A stretch of DNA of 62,503 bases, filler included, from Choristocarpus tenellus KU-1152 (lineage: Eukaryota; Protista; Phaeophyceae), in the NCBI GenBank assembly GCA_964200185.2. It is 10 parts of 10 records of this genome, joined end to end, with 100 filler letters (N's around TTAATTAATTAA, not from the genome) between each part and the next. Parts side by side here need not be neighbours in the genome. Positions count along the whole stretch, not along the records: positions 40,470 to 53,063 come from CAXNAD020001773.1; positions 53,164 to 62,503 come from CAXNAD020003763.1; 8 more parts are not named here. One strand, given 5' to 3'. Below are positions 51,284-62,503 of the stretch, piece after piece (the first letter of the stretch is position 1; each line of letters opens with the position of its first letter). The notes beneath the pieces were generated by a model that worked only from the letters and a program-made list of their open reading frames with translations, was not told the origin of the DNA and searched no databases. Made by a program: the position numbers and the translations under genes.

Positions 51284-51920
51284 GCATCATATAACGAAAT
51301 ATTGATGCTTTTCAATAGCTTGCGCTATTTCAATAGTTCCGCAGACTTCCCAACCCGTGCTCAGAGGCGCTACACACCCATTCTCATACTGTCTTCTTTT
51401 GAAACTAATTGTTGCACTGCAGCTAATTGTACTGCCTCCGTTCGTACAATGCTTCACTGACGTCAGGTTCAGTCATCCCACCGCTGGTTGCTCCGCCTCC
51501 TCCCCTACACCTTGGGTAGACCCACCAGGCATCCCTCTGCAATCAAACCTTGCCACCTCGTTCTTGGATTAGCATTCTTGTGGTAAAGCGGCTGGTAGGG
51601 TAGTACGGGCGTACAAGCCACCATGCATTCAGAGGAGGACATTCGTGCTCTCTGTTCTGTTTGAAGAGCCTCATCACCTCGTGAAGAAGGGTTTTGCGGA
51701 TTTTTTTAACTCTGAATGTATGCCATCCAGTTGTGTGTCAGGTACGCTTAGTGCAGAGTGAGCTCGATGTCTAAGCGGGGGCTAGTCCAACCAGGAAAAA
51801 ATAATGAACAACATATGAGATACAACTGGTGGGTCTTTCGTGGAGATAAAAAACAAAGAAACAAGCTTGAATCAATATCGATATGGGACACTTCATGTGG
51901 CACATATTATGCTCGTGTAT

Positions 51921-52178
51921 GAGTCAAAGTATTTTAGAGGGTAGAGCCGCATCCATTTGGGGGCCAATATCAGTGTTGAAATTTTGATGTAATTTTGGCT
52001 ATCATGTTTGTTAGGAGGTGTTAATATCCTTGTTCCGGACACAACTTTTCATAACATGCATTTTACCTACTCAAAAACATTTTGGAGTAGGTAAAATGTC
52101 ATAAACAAAACCCATGGGAAGCCAAGGTCCAAATGGACAAACAGGGCAAAACTCTTACTCTCTAAGATACTTTCACTC
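51921..52178 (+). mobile_element. MITE family A, TSD GTAT
   Basis: GTAT|GAGTCAAAGT...AAGATACTTTCACTC|GTAT. Confidence 0.9.
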
Positions 52179-53445
52179 GTATGTTTGATAGATGTCGACT
52201 GTTCCATTCTGCCCATAAACCATGGAGTTGTAACGGTGATTGATGATCCTATGATGTAGTATCAATGATGTAAAAGGCGAGTAACGACCAGTAGTGATGT
52301 GCGGATCAACGGTCAGCATGAACTGGTAACACTGTATAGTATCCAAAAACACAAAAGACGAGTAGCCTATATTTCAGCATCAGGCAGAAGATCTTATAAG
52401 ATATGTGCCAAGAAGGGTTTTAATGCCCCTCCCTCTAGGATGCCATGGCTCTGACAAGGAGGGTATTGCGTTGCGTCTTCCAAGACTGCAGGAACTCTGG
52501 CCAGGTTGATGGCATAGATTACAAAGGTTGACGCGGCATTCAGACTGACCGCTAAAGCAGCAGCTAAGGAAGCTCGAGCACATCAGGGCGCACGCACACC
52601 CACTACTGCCTGTAGAACGTCACCTTTTCTCATTGTTTCCTTTTCTTAGGTTCTCGATCTTGAGTGAAAGTAACTGAGAGGTAGGCAAGCTTTGGCCCTT
52701 TTGCAATTTAAGCCGTCTTTCTCACCCTGTGCAACATTCCCCATTTCATTGCTTTGTGTGCACAGCAGTGTCTGCAAAATTGATATTCCCCCTTTCCATA
52801 CACAAAAGAATGCTGGTGGTATCGGCGGCGTTCTGCCCCCGCTGTTGGATACTGGTGAGAGTAGTGCCTGTGTCTTGGCTTCCCCACTTCTTATCGACAC
52901 CATTCGGATTGTGAGTTGAGGCTTAGCTCTGGGACGATGCATGCCCTCAGCTGCAACCCTTACCTCAGAAAAGTATACTGAAGCACTACTACTTCTTTTT
53001 CTTTTTCCAAGCCTCTTGGATCAGTAGAGAGGGGGGGTTGGTGGGTCAAAGTATCTGGGAGGGNNNNNNNNNNNNNNNNNNNNNNNNNNNNNNNNNNNNN
53101 NNNNNNNTTAATTAATTAANNNNNNNNNNNNNNNNNNNNNNNNNNNNNNNNNNNNNNNNNNNNCTTGCACTCAGCTGTGTCCTTCGATAGGTCATCCACC
53201 AGCAGAGGTGTAACACCAATGAGCCTATCACCCTTGCCATCTGCCACCATGACCCACCAAGGCTCTCCTTGCTTAAGAAAGCCATTGGTTGGTCTCCTTT
53301 ATTAAGTTCAGGCACAGTAGGAGAGGCATGTGTGCGAACAATATAAAGCTTTTCGTTGGATATCTGAACTTTTCAAGAGTTCCACCACTGTACAAATGAT
53401 AGGCGTGACACTTCTAATCAAGGACATGGATCACCCCCACACCAC

Positions 53446-56400
53446 CTTCAAGTTGGCAAACCTTTGGTGGCGACCTTGGTACTCCTTTGCGTGCTCCCTC
53501 AAAACTGTGATGGTAGCAGTTACAGTATCTCCCACAGCAATCTGACTCTCCCCCCACGTTTCAATCACCATGTCCACCTGAGCAGATGCATGGCCAGCAT
53601 GTGCAAATGATTTCATAAGGTTTGGAGGTGTGAGCAGATAAATGCAATGAGCTACACCGCCACTTCTGACCTCAGCCCTGAGACTACAACAAGCAACTTA
53701 CAAGAGATATCAAAATTGTACATATTTCATGAGGCCTACTTTTTAAAATAAAGCACTTCAGTACTCTCACACCTCCTGGCACACATATATAATATATATA
53801 TATATTATTTATTGTTTTTTCAAACTCTTGACAACTTTTTTTTAGTATTGGACTGTGGCTCCATCTCTTCCATTTAAGATGGCATCCACAATCCATAAAG
53901 ACTTCCATAATATCTCCCGCACATTTTTTTTTTAGCCTGCCCCACCCCCACACCTTGATCCTTGGTATGGCGGCATCAAGGTCCTTATCCATCTCCCGCT
54001 CCTGCTCCGCCATAGCAACTGGGTCATCTGCTCCTCCACACAGTCTTCTCCTCAGGAGAGCTTTTGCCTCTACCACTGTACCTAGAAGATGGAGCGAGGC
54101 CTTCCTTGCAGCAAGCTGCATGCACACCTCAAGGAGTGGTTCTGCCAGGCCAAGAACCAATTGCTGCTCACCCATCAGCAGTCGGTTCAACTCCTCAATT
54201 CCACTACTCTCCTTCTCCTGGCCCCCTGTCATCTCGTCCCCTTCAGTCCCTGCCCCAGTCTCATTCCTGGTCCCACAAACGTCATCCTGCACCACAGAGT
54301 CAGAAACAGGTGCGCCTTCCACACAGAGCTTATGGCGCCACAGGGCACTCAGTAGCACAACCAGGTTGTGACTGACTACCTCCGACAAATCAGGCCTTGC
54401 CTCAGCAGCATCTGGTCGGGAACGAGCTACACGCCTGTTCCCCTCCCCACGCCTACCCCTACTATAGAACTCCTCAATGATCTCTTCCTCTTCCTCTTCC
54501 TCCTCTTCCTTACCCTCTGCTTCCCCTTGACTCTCCACTACACCAGAATCTTTAGTCTCCTGTCCCTTTTCACCCTTCGCCATTTTTTTTTTCTTCTCCT
54601 TACCACCCCCAGAACCAGCAGCACCTGTGTTATCTGCAGCGTGGTACAAGGGTTCAACCTTGAGAGCCATGAGGTGTGAGCGAACTGGCCCTGTGGTTTT
54701 AGCCATCTCAAGTGCCAGCTGCCTGCGTTGCTCAGAGCACAGCTGTGGGCAAGCAGCCAGGCATTCCAGAACATCCTCCACTGAGCTGGTATTGTCCAGA
54801 TTGTTCATGAGGGCCTAACATACCAGAATTGAGAAAGGTGGATGAGTCAAGACACAGCATGAGAGCAAAGTGGATGCAGACAGAGGATCACAGAAGGCTG
54901 TATCCACCAGGTGCAGATTATCCCCCCTAAAAGGACATGGTCTTTTTGCCATTAGGAGCATCTTCAAGTGTTTGGCGGATAGGTAAAAGGTTTAGAGCCA
55001 GAAATATATATATATAACAGAATCCCTTCAGACAATGTATTTTTCTGCACAAGGCAGTGTTGACCTGAAATCCATTGCTAACTTTTCTGCGATAAACTCT
55101 GGTGCGATAGCAAGTTGTCGAATCAATGCTCTGCACTATCTATTCCAAGTTGGAAGTACTGCTCACAAGTAGCCAGTCACACAGCAGCTGGAGAGGCAGT
55201 TGGTCTAGGTATATGAAGTCCATTTGAACAGACTGCTTCAACCCAACTCAACCACAACAATTCTGTAGATCCTGCTCGTCTGCCTAGCCCAAGGACTGCT
55301 GCCCTGCATTGTGTATGGCACACCAAACTATTGGAAAATGGGACTACAGACAACCTGGGCATTAGCTCCACTTTGCACAAAGTAGATGACTTTTCAAGGA
55401 CGACTACAATCTGTGATTGGAATGTGAAACCACCTGATGTGTGGAAGGCAGAGGGTAAATCAGTACACCAATATTCCCCCCTCCAAAACAGACTACTCAT
55501 ACTTGAGCACGGCATCAAACACTGCAACCTGCAGAATCTCAACCTCAGGCTAGATCATGATTGAACAAACCCAAAAAATAGTTACCAACTAGTCGACCCT
55601 CCAACAACAGACCTGCACATCCTCCTCCGTGACTTTGACTCTTTTCCTCTTGTCAGGGTCCATGAGGCTCAGGGCAACCCTTGCACACACAACAAAGCCA
55701 ATTATACAGACCTTTGGAGACAGGAGCACAATGAGCAATTTTAATAAAGGATTAGTAATTTGCTGTGGCTTTTGCTGGTGTCACTATCTGCACACTTGTC
55801 AAGCCTTACCTTTTAGGACAAGGTTAGCTTCAGGGATGCAGAAGAGAAAAAAATATCACTTGTGGTCAGGTTTGGATACCATCCATAACACTGAACCTCA
55901 ACACTGTGCATGCCAATCGATTTCCTACCCTTACACATATGGGGATTGCACAGAGGGGCAATTCTACACAAATCTTATCCAAGACATCAACTCAACCATG
56001 TACCATGATCGAATGATTCCACATACAATAGCAAACTCAAGTGCAGGCAGTCTGTTGCAAGAATTCCTTATGTCCACACACTCTGGCATAACAGCTGAGC
56101 TCAGAACATTTTTTCTTAATGCAAACATGGGAGGTTGCACACACAGTCTAAGAGTACAAATACCACTCAGAGAATGCCCTCAACATCAAGGATCAGCTCA
56201 CCAGGTAGCCAGTCAAATACAGCCCCAGCACACCCCCTCCAGCTCCCTTTCTGGGTCGGAGCCATGCAGGTAAAAGGACATCGAATTTCCACGGCCTGTA
56301 TCCGTCCGGGTGCCCGTAAGTAATCCAGTTGTGGCGAGCTCTCCGGTCACTGAGGGCCTTCGAAGACGCAACAACAGCAAGGCGTGGTAGTCCAATGGTC

Positions 56401-57197
56401 GGAGTGGAGGGTGAGCAAGGCCATCACTCGGAGTGTGTCACAATAGCAGTGATAATGGGCAGCAAGTAGATTGGTATTTGCGATACTGTTGGAGACAGTC
56501 GCTGTCACCACCGCGAAAGAAGCAGAGGCGTTTAAACCTCAGGTTCGTTCCAGGCTGTCAATGTACTGACCTTGTAAGCTAGTGAGACCTGGTTGAACTG
56601 ATAACTGGCATCGCCATGACCGGGATTCTTGTCCGGGTGGTATTTTAGTGAGAGCCGGCGAAACTGACTGCGGATGACTGTGGAATTGGCGTTGGAGGGT
56701 ATTCCTAGAATATCATAGGGGTCGAAGTAGTCGTGTTCGGCCTTGAGCGACGACGACAGGTGCCAAAAGCTGAAACTGTAGCAAGGATGTTGAGGTTTAG
56801 TGGGATTAAGGGTCCTCGTTTTATGCAACAAACTGGAGCACCCTCTCACATCAATCGAAACCAGCACCACAGAAAGCACTATGTCAAGTAGGGTACAGCA
56901 TGCGGACAACCATGAAACATCGACGCAGGAACTAAGGCTAAATTTTTGCTCCACCACGGATATGATACTCTTGTTCATTTATTTCGTAACCAAAACACGT
57001 CAAGTGTTGGTAACATTGGGTCTGTCTCACCATGCAAGAGTGAGCAGGAGCACCTGGACAAAGTAAAATGAGGACAGGGATTCGGTCCTTCGCCCGTGCC
57101 TCCTCGCAGAAGCCTGCCTCCAAGTTTTACGACCCACTGAGAAGCCAAGGAAAGGGATGAAGAGTCCTAGGAACGAGGCGTATACTGCCTCGATCAT
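53446..57197 (-). CDS. Sec63/ERdj2-like membrane J-domain protein, 3' truncated; exons 57197-57031, 56775-56571, 56357-56202, 55711-55613, 54814-53954, 53577-53446
   Basis: Two TM segments, then FDPYDILG..FRRLSLKYHPDKN J domain, ALSD..ARHNW.TYGHPDG, LPAWL plus a TM segment, and C-terminal E.QIAVGDTVTATITVLR; frame kept across introns. Confidence 0.85.
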
Positions 57198-57580
57198 ATC
57201 CAATAGAGGTAGTTTAAAACGAAGTTGCTCTCCCCCACAGCCTTGTCGCGTCCCTTCTTAACCAGGGGAGGTCTCTCACCCCACACTTGTTACTAACTGA
57301 GATTCCCGGAGCCCTGGATTCTCCTAGCTTCCTTCCCTACTCTAACTGCAGATATCTATGAATAATCGGCAATAAGCCTCTCCAGCGTAACCCAGACAGT
57401 GCACTAGTGTCAACTCAGTAGATAAAATGTGTGTGTTATATGAATGATATACCTAGTGTTAGGGTTTGTTTGTCTTAGACTTTTGAAAATTCCAAAACAG
57501 CAAATGGTGTTAGTATTTTCACTGGAGGTACGTATTATATTATCACACACTTTGACGTTGAACGAGCTTGGTTTGTCGTG

Positions 57581-60500
57581 ATGCTGTGTGGAAAGAGACG
57601 GAGATTTCACGCTACATCCCTCTGCATCCTTCTACGTTGCTTCACCACTGTCGCGTTTCGGTTATCTTCATTCTTAAATCGTGCTGAGATCAGCGAGAAA
57701 CTGGGGGGCAATTCACCACTAGCAAGAGCAGTGACTATTTTCCAGGATTCGCATGACTCTTGTCGAATAGATAGTAGTTCCCGTGCTAGACGACCGTCTG
57801 CTCAGTACGGTCGCAGGAACAAGGGGGAAGGGGGGGAAACTACAACTGTAAAAAAGGAAGCTAGGAAAGTTCAATCTGTTGACTTCACTACTGCTGTGGT
57901 CTTGGCCCGCGAACTGTCTCAGACAGTGGTCCCCGCGCGCTTAGAAACAGCGTACCAGCTAGATAGCAGTAATTTGGCGTTGGGTCTGCGCACGCTGGCA
58001 GGAAATGTATGGCTCAACATCTGCTGGGATCCACAGGCAGCCAGGGTACATGTTGGCGCGGCGCCGCCCAGGGAGAAAGAACGCATGGCATACACCTTCT
58101 CGCAGACACTTCGTTCCCTCGTACGAGGTCTCAATATCGTCGGCGTACGTCTCGCTCTACCCTTTGAACGAGTTATCGCAATGGACATGGCGCCGCGATT
58201 GGACGAAGCTCCCACATATCGCATTTACGTGGAGATCATGGCTAGTCGAAGCAACGTCATCCTGGTGGCAGTGGATTCGCAGGGTTCGGAGACGGTGTCT
58301 GCATGCTCGTACCAGGTGAACGCGCGCACAACTGTGCGTTTTTTGTCGCTTCAAGCTTTAGCAGACCGGTCAAAATTTCTCCCTTCTACAACCTTACTCT
58401 CTAACGCAATCACACGCTTCAGGTCAGCCCAACCAAGTCGGTACGTCCTCTCTCCACAGGGCAACCCTACAGTCCACCCCCAGGTAAGGTATGACTCGAC
58501 ATCTATCGCTGACAGTCATCTTCATTGCTTGCAGACTTGTTACAGAAACCTACCTCCGCACACCTTTGTCGCCCTCGACACCCTCAAACACTTTCACCTC
58601 CATTTTTGCCAGGAGTCCCTCACTTTTCCTTCTCGTATCCCATAAGTGCTCTTTTGTCATCTCCCAGTTATATTGTCAATTTGTTGAGCCTCGACCCTTC
58701 CTTGTTTTTCTGTGGTGTCCACGAAACCTTGTTCTTGGCATCTTGCACTCATATTTCAATCAGCACTTACAGCTCGACGGCCTTTTCTGGAGGAGTCCCT
58801 GGAGGACTTTGTCGGCACATTAGGGCGAGTGCCTACCCAACAACTCAAGAAGGCATTGGTATCACTATACCAGGTACCATTTACTGTTATGTCACATCGT
58901 ACAGTGATGGGTTGCTTCATAAACATCTTGACACCTCACAGGAACTTGCATAAACAGGCGACATGGGTTGCTGGTAACGTGGGTTCTATTCCTAGCACTT
59001 TCCGAGGACTGGTCAGGTTGTGACACAGGCATCAGGGCTACTACAGAATGAAGGCTGTTAATCCAAGGACAAACAGCCCCCCATCACTTTCCTCACTACC
59101 AGAAATTAAGACCGGTCCCCTCCCTGTTGCCATTCCTTTCTCAAGAGACACAAAGTAGAACAGTCACATTGCTGCAGTGTGCCTTGTGCTTGTTGGAGTA
59201 TCCTGGTGAAATGCACTTCCTCATACCTTCCTGCAAAGGGTGGAAATCCCCGCTGTGACCCATATGCTAGTCTCTGTAGGGCAGCAACGACTCACCAAGT
59301 GCCACACCACTCCCGTCTTATTCCCTTCTCATGGCACACATACATTTTGTTGGATCTGCACATATCACCCCAGGGAACCAGCCCTGTGTTGGTGAACTTG
59401 ATGGTGTCATGCGTGGAGGGGCTGACTCCGAACACAAGGATTGGAGATATTTCTCAAGAGCAGTGGGCAGCATTGCACTCTGGGCCATGGCGCCGTTGGC
59501 TGGAGCTCGTTGGGAACAACGGCGGGATCAGCATCAACGTGAACAAAGGACAGGAGGACAACATTGGAGTAGGGCAAAAGAGAAAGTGGACGCCATGGCT
59601 TGCCCCTGATGGTTCGGGGTATTATCCAACACAGTTTGGAGGCATGAGTAGCTTTGGTGAGGGTGAACAAGGCAAAGAGCTGGAGGAGGCGTGTGGGGTG
59701 CGGTCCAGCCTTCAGGATGTGATGGCAGTGTACTATGGGTCCCACCAGAGCACTGAGGAGTTTGATGGCCTGCGAAAGAGCTGTATGGGGAGGATCGCAG
59801 CCACCTTGGTCAAACTGAGGGAACGGGTGGCAGATTTTGAGGAGAGGCTGGATGCAGCAGAGGAGGACAAGGTAATTTGGCTTTTGTGTGTTTTGTTTTT
59901 GTGGCACAGATCAAAACGCATCAAGATACGTCAAGAATCCCGACTTTGCTGGAACGGGATTTTCTTCGGTGTTGACAACCAAAAACGAACCAAACAAGTT
60001 GAATAGACCGAATAGATTGAAGAGATGTCCGGAGACGCAACTTTCACCGCATTTTCAAACATTATTTATAAACCATGGACCTCTCTCTTTACCTCCGTGA
60101 CTAATGGATAATGTCAAAGATCATCTTTGGCAGTGTTGGCGTGTATTTGCATAGCCTTTTCTCGGGGTGGGACTGTCACAGCACTGCCTAGGGATCTCTG
60201 ACATTCGATGCATTCGATGCCGCTTGATACATACGTTGAATTGTGCTGATATATGCTTTGAAATGTGCACGTATTTATCCATGGTCTACCTCGGTTGGTC
60301 CCTTGGTGTGCACTACTGACAGACTGTTGGATAGGGTGCGGCCCCAAGAGTCTTAGGCGTGACCCTAATTGTCTGACACCGTTACTACTGTAGGCGATGT
60401 TTGGGATGTCGTTAGTATCCTCACAAGCATCCACTTTTCCCAGTACCCCATGGGCGAAATGATGGGGGTCACATCAAGCGGACCGTTAAAACTTGCTTGG

Positions 60501-62128
60501 AAGAGAGTGCGTACACTATATGTACATACATTACCATCATCTTCACGTATGCTGCAGGGCTACTGATGTCTGTGCGCTGGGTGTAGAAAGGCCTTTGGAA
60601 CCTTTTCATTGGGAAGGAAGGTTTGCGGTTGGTGGCAGGACTGGAGACCATGATAGGTCGCTATAGTCCTTGCCCTACATGAAGGAATCGATGAATTTTC
60701 CTCTCCAAGATGTTGTTCACCAATACTGCCGCCCTGGAGTGTGCTGTGGCTGTGGCACTCCAGAGCGTTCCATATTGCATGCTTGTCTTCTTTGGCAGAT
60801 ACTGAAACCTGTGTGATGTTTCCATATCCTACCCTGCGTCTGTTACGTCGGTTACACTTTTTTTTTGTTTATCCTGTAGGTTGCAGAGCTGAATCTTCGT
60901 GGAGACCTGCTGACTACCTATGGTCACGCTTGGCAACAGGGTCAGGAGCATGTGGATTGCTTTGACTTTGAGACAGGGGAACCCGTGAGGCTGGAGATCG
61001 ATCCTCGTGAGAATCAAAGAGAGGAGTATGTGTGTCCTGCCTTTGAGGGTTGGAACAGGTGGTTGTACTGTAGAGGAGGAAGGTATCGCGTGCCTTCAAA
61101 TCAATCGCTGCTATTTAAATTTGAAGTGATGCAAGGCAGAATATGAATGTTGAAACCTCAAAAGTAAGAGGAAAGATTGAAAGGCCTTTCTTGGTTGCGT
61201 ACCTTACTATTTTATTTTATTTTTATTAGTAGTATTGTTATTAGTGTTATGAAGTTGTTGGGTGTAAGTGCATTTGTCGTCAGAAAGGTATTGCAAACAA
61301 AGAGAGAGGGATAAGAGAGATAAGAGAAATAAGAGAATTAAGAGAGAGAGAGGCTTGTGCGGTACTTGCAGATGTGGTACAATTTGAATATCTGTGTCCA
61401 ACATAGAATCAGCGAAACGGTACAACTTTGAAAGAAACCGATGACGGTATATAGTTTTGAACATATACCGTCAGTGATATATATATATACTGTAGATATT
61501 ATGACATTGGTGTTATACCTTATAGCATCATACCGATCCACCAATCCCACCAATGTCTGATTGGCGGGGGTATTTCCAAGTTAGCCTCAAAATCATTGAC
61601 CCAACAATTTCTTTGGCTGTGTTTGGTACTATGGTTGGACATTATTTTGGGATAGGGCTAGGGACACACTACCACTACAATTGCCTCCAGGTGTCATAGG
61701 AAGCCCATGCACAGCGAAATCCCCATGTAGACAGGCAAGAGATGGCAGTACTTTATATCCAACCATGTAGGATTAACTAGTCAGCGTAGAAAAAATGACT
61801 TGTGACTCCAGAGTCACATCCTGCCGTTGTCCTACTACAAAATATTCCAAAGTAACACTTGGAGCATCTCCGAACCAGATTCCTTCCTCATGGTTGAAAG
61901 CAGAATGTGAGTATCTTGTGTGCAAACGCCATGGTTGTACCTCCCTCTAGACAACCTTCTCGTTGTTTTTTTCTTTAATTTCTGTATGCCACCGCTGTTG
62001 GACTCTCACTGAACACTCAATGGACACTCAAAACAGTCAAGACACCAGTGGAGCAGGCACAGACTTGCTATAAGCTGGGCAAGAAGCTCAAGCGCAGCGC
62101 TTCAGTGGTTAGAGAACTGCTGGAGCAG
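57581..62128 (+). CDS. RqcH/FbpA (NFACT) ribosome quality control protein, cyanobacterial/plastid type, 3' truncated; exons 57581-58315, 58423-58483, 58773-58874, 59374-59871, 60880-61006, 62037-62128
   Basis: QSVDFTT...L.LRTL....WL.ICW.PQAAR....PPR, FERV, YVEIM.SRSNVILV, VRPL.TGQPY.PPP, GDLL..Y, TPVEQAQ..YK..KKLKR; bipartite leader ending TVA-FRL. Confidence 0.88.
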
Positions 62129-62503
62129 GTGAGCCGGGTCATTGTGAGATGCTGTTTCTTTGTTACACATGTCAGGGGGGGGGCACGGCACGTCTGTTGA
62201 ATTGATTGATCGCCTCTTGCTTTTCGGTTGGGTTTAGTGTTTTCATGTGGGGGACAGGAGGTAGGGCGTGCTGCCTTTTCTGCACTAAGCTAAGACCTTT
62301 TCAGTGCATGTCAGTTGGAGAAACTTGGGACCTGATCGGAAGCTCTGCTGGCCTTCCTCTGCAAAACCTACAGCCCAGATTTTCAGTAGGGTTCGGTCAA
62401 ATGCCACTGAGGTTCCCCTCCCCCCCCCCCCCCGCCCCCCCCCCCCCCCCCCCCCCCCCCACCAACCAACACCACTCCGCGCTGGGGTTGAAGCAAGGCA
62501 GAG

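Noticed and set aside
55629-56273. 214-aa plus-strand ORF
   Set aside because: It is antisense to Sec63-like exons and intron and has no recognisable motifs.

Overview
This window is eukaryotic nuclear DNA made of ten unrelated contigs joined by artificial 100-nt linkers (N44-TTAATTAATTAA-N44), so adjacency across linkers is meaningless. The source is most likely a photosynthetic stramenopile, probably a brown alga or close relative (inference). The clues are intron-rich genes with short exons, bipartite plastid-targeting leaders, a mastigoneme/tenascin-like EGF protein, FNIP repeats and a TTAGGG telomere. Spliced genes reconstructed by hand: an ankyrin protein, a class I/II aminotransferase divergent from a DUF493 protein, a Gfo/Idh/MocA oxidoreductase, an EGF-repeat protein, and a Sec63-like J protein divergent from a plastid-type RqcH/FbpA (NFACT) gene. 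The window also holds tRNA-Ser(AGA), tRNA-Glu(TTC), decayed LINE and copia elements, an FNIP pseudogene and several short repeat families. The most striking signal is a ~320-bp TG...CA solo-LTR-like element with 4-bp target-site duplications (TSDs). It sits in the same orientation exactly 412 nt downstream of two different tRNA genes with unrelated flanks, suggesting a tRNA-gene-targeting retrotransposon (only two cases). Also notable are a GAG...CTC MITE with 4-bp TSDs (Sola2-like), a telomere array joined directly inside a copia RT, and a C>T/CpG-depletion signature suggesting DNA methylation. Exon boundaries and family names come from reading the sequence, not from database searches.
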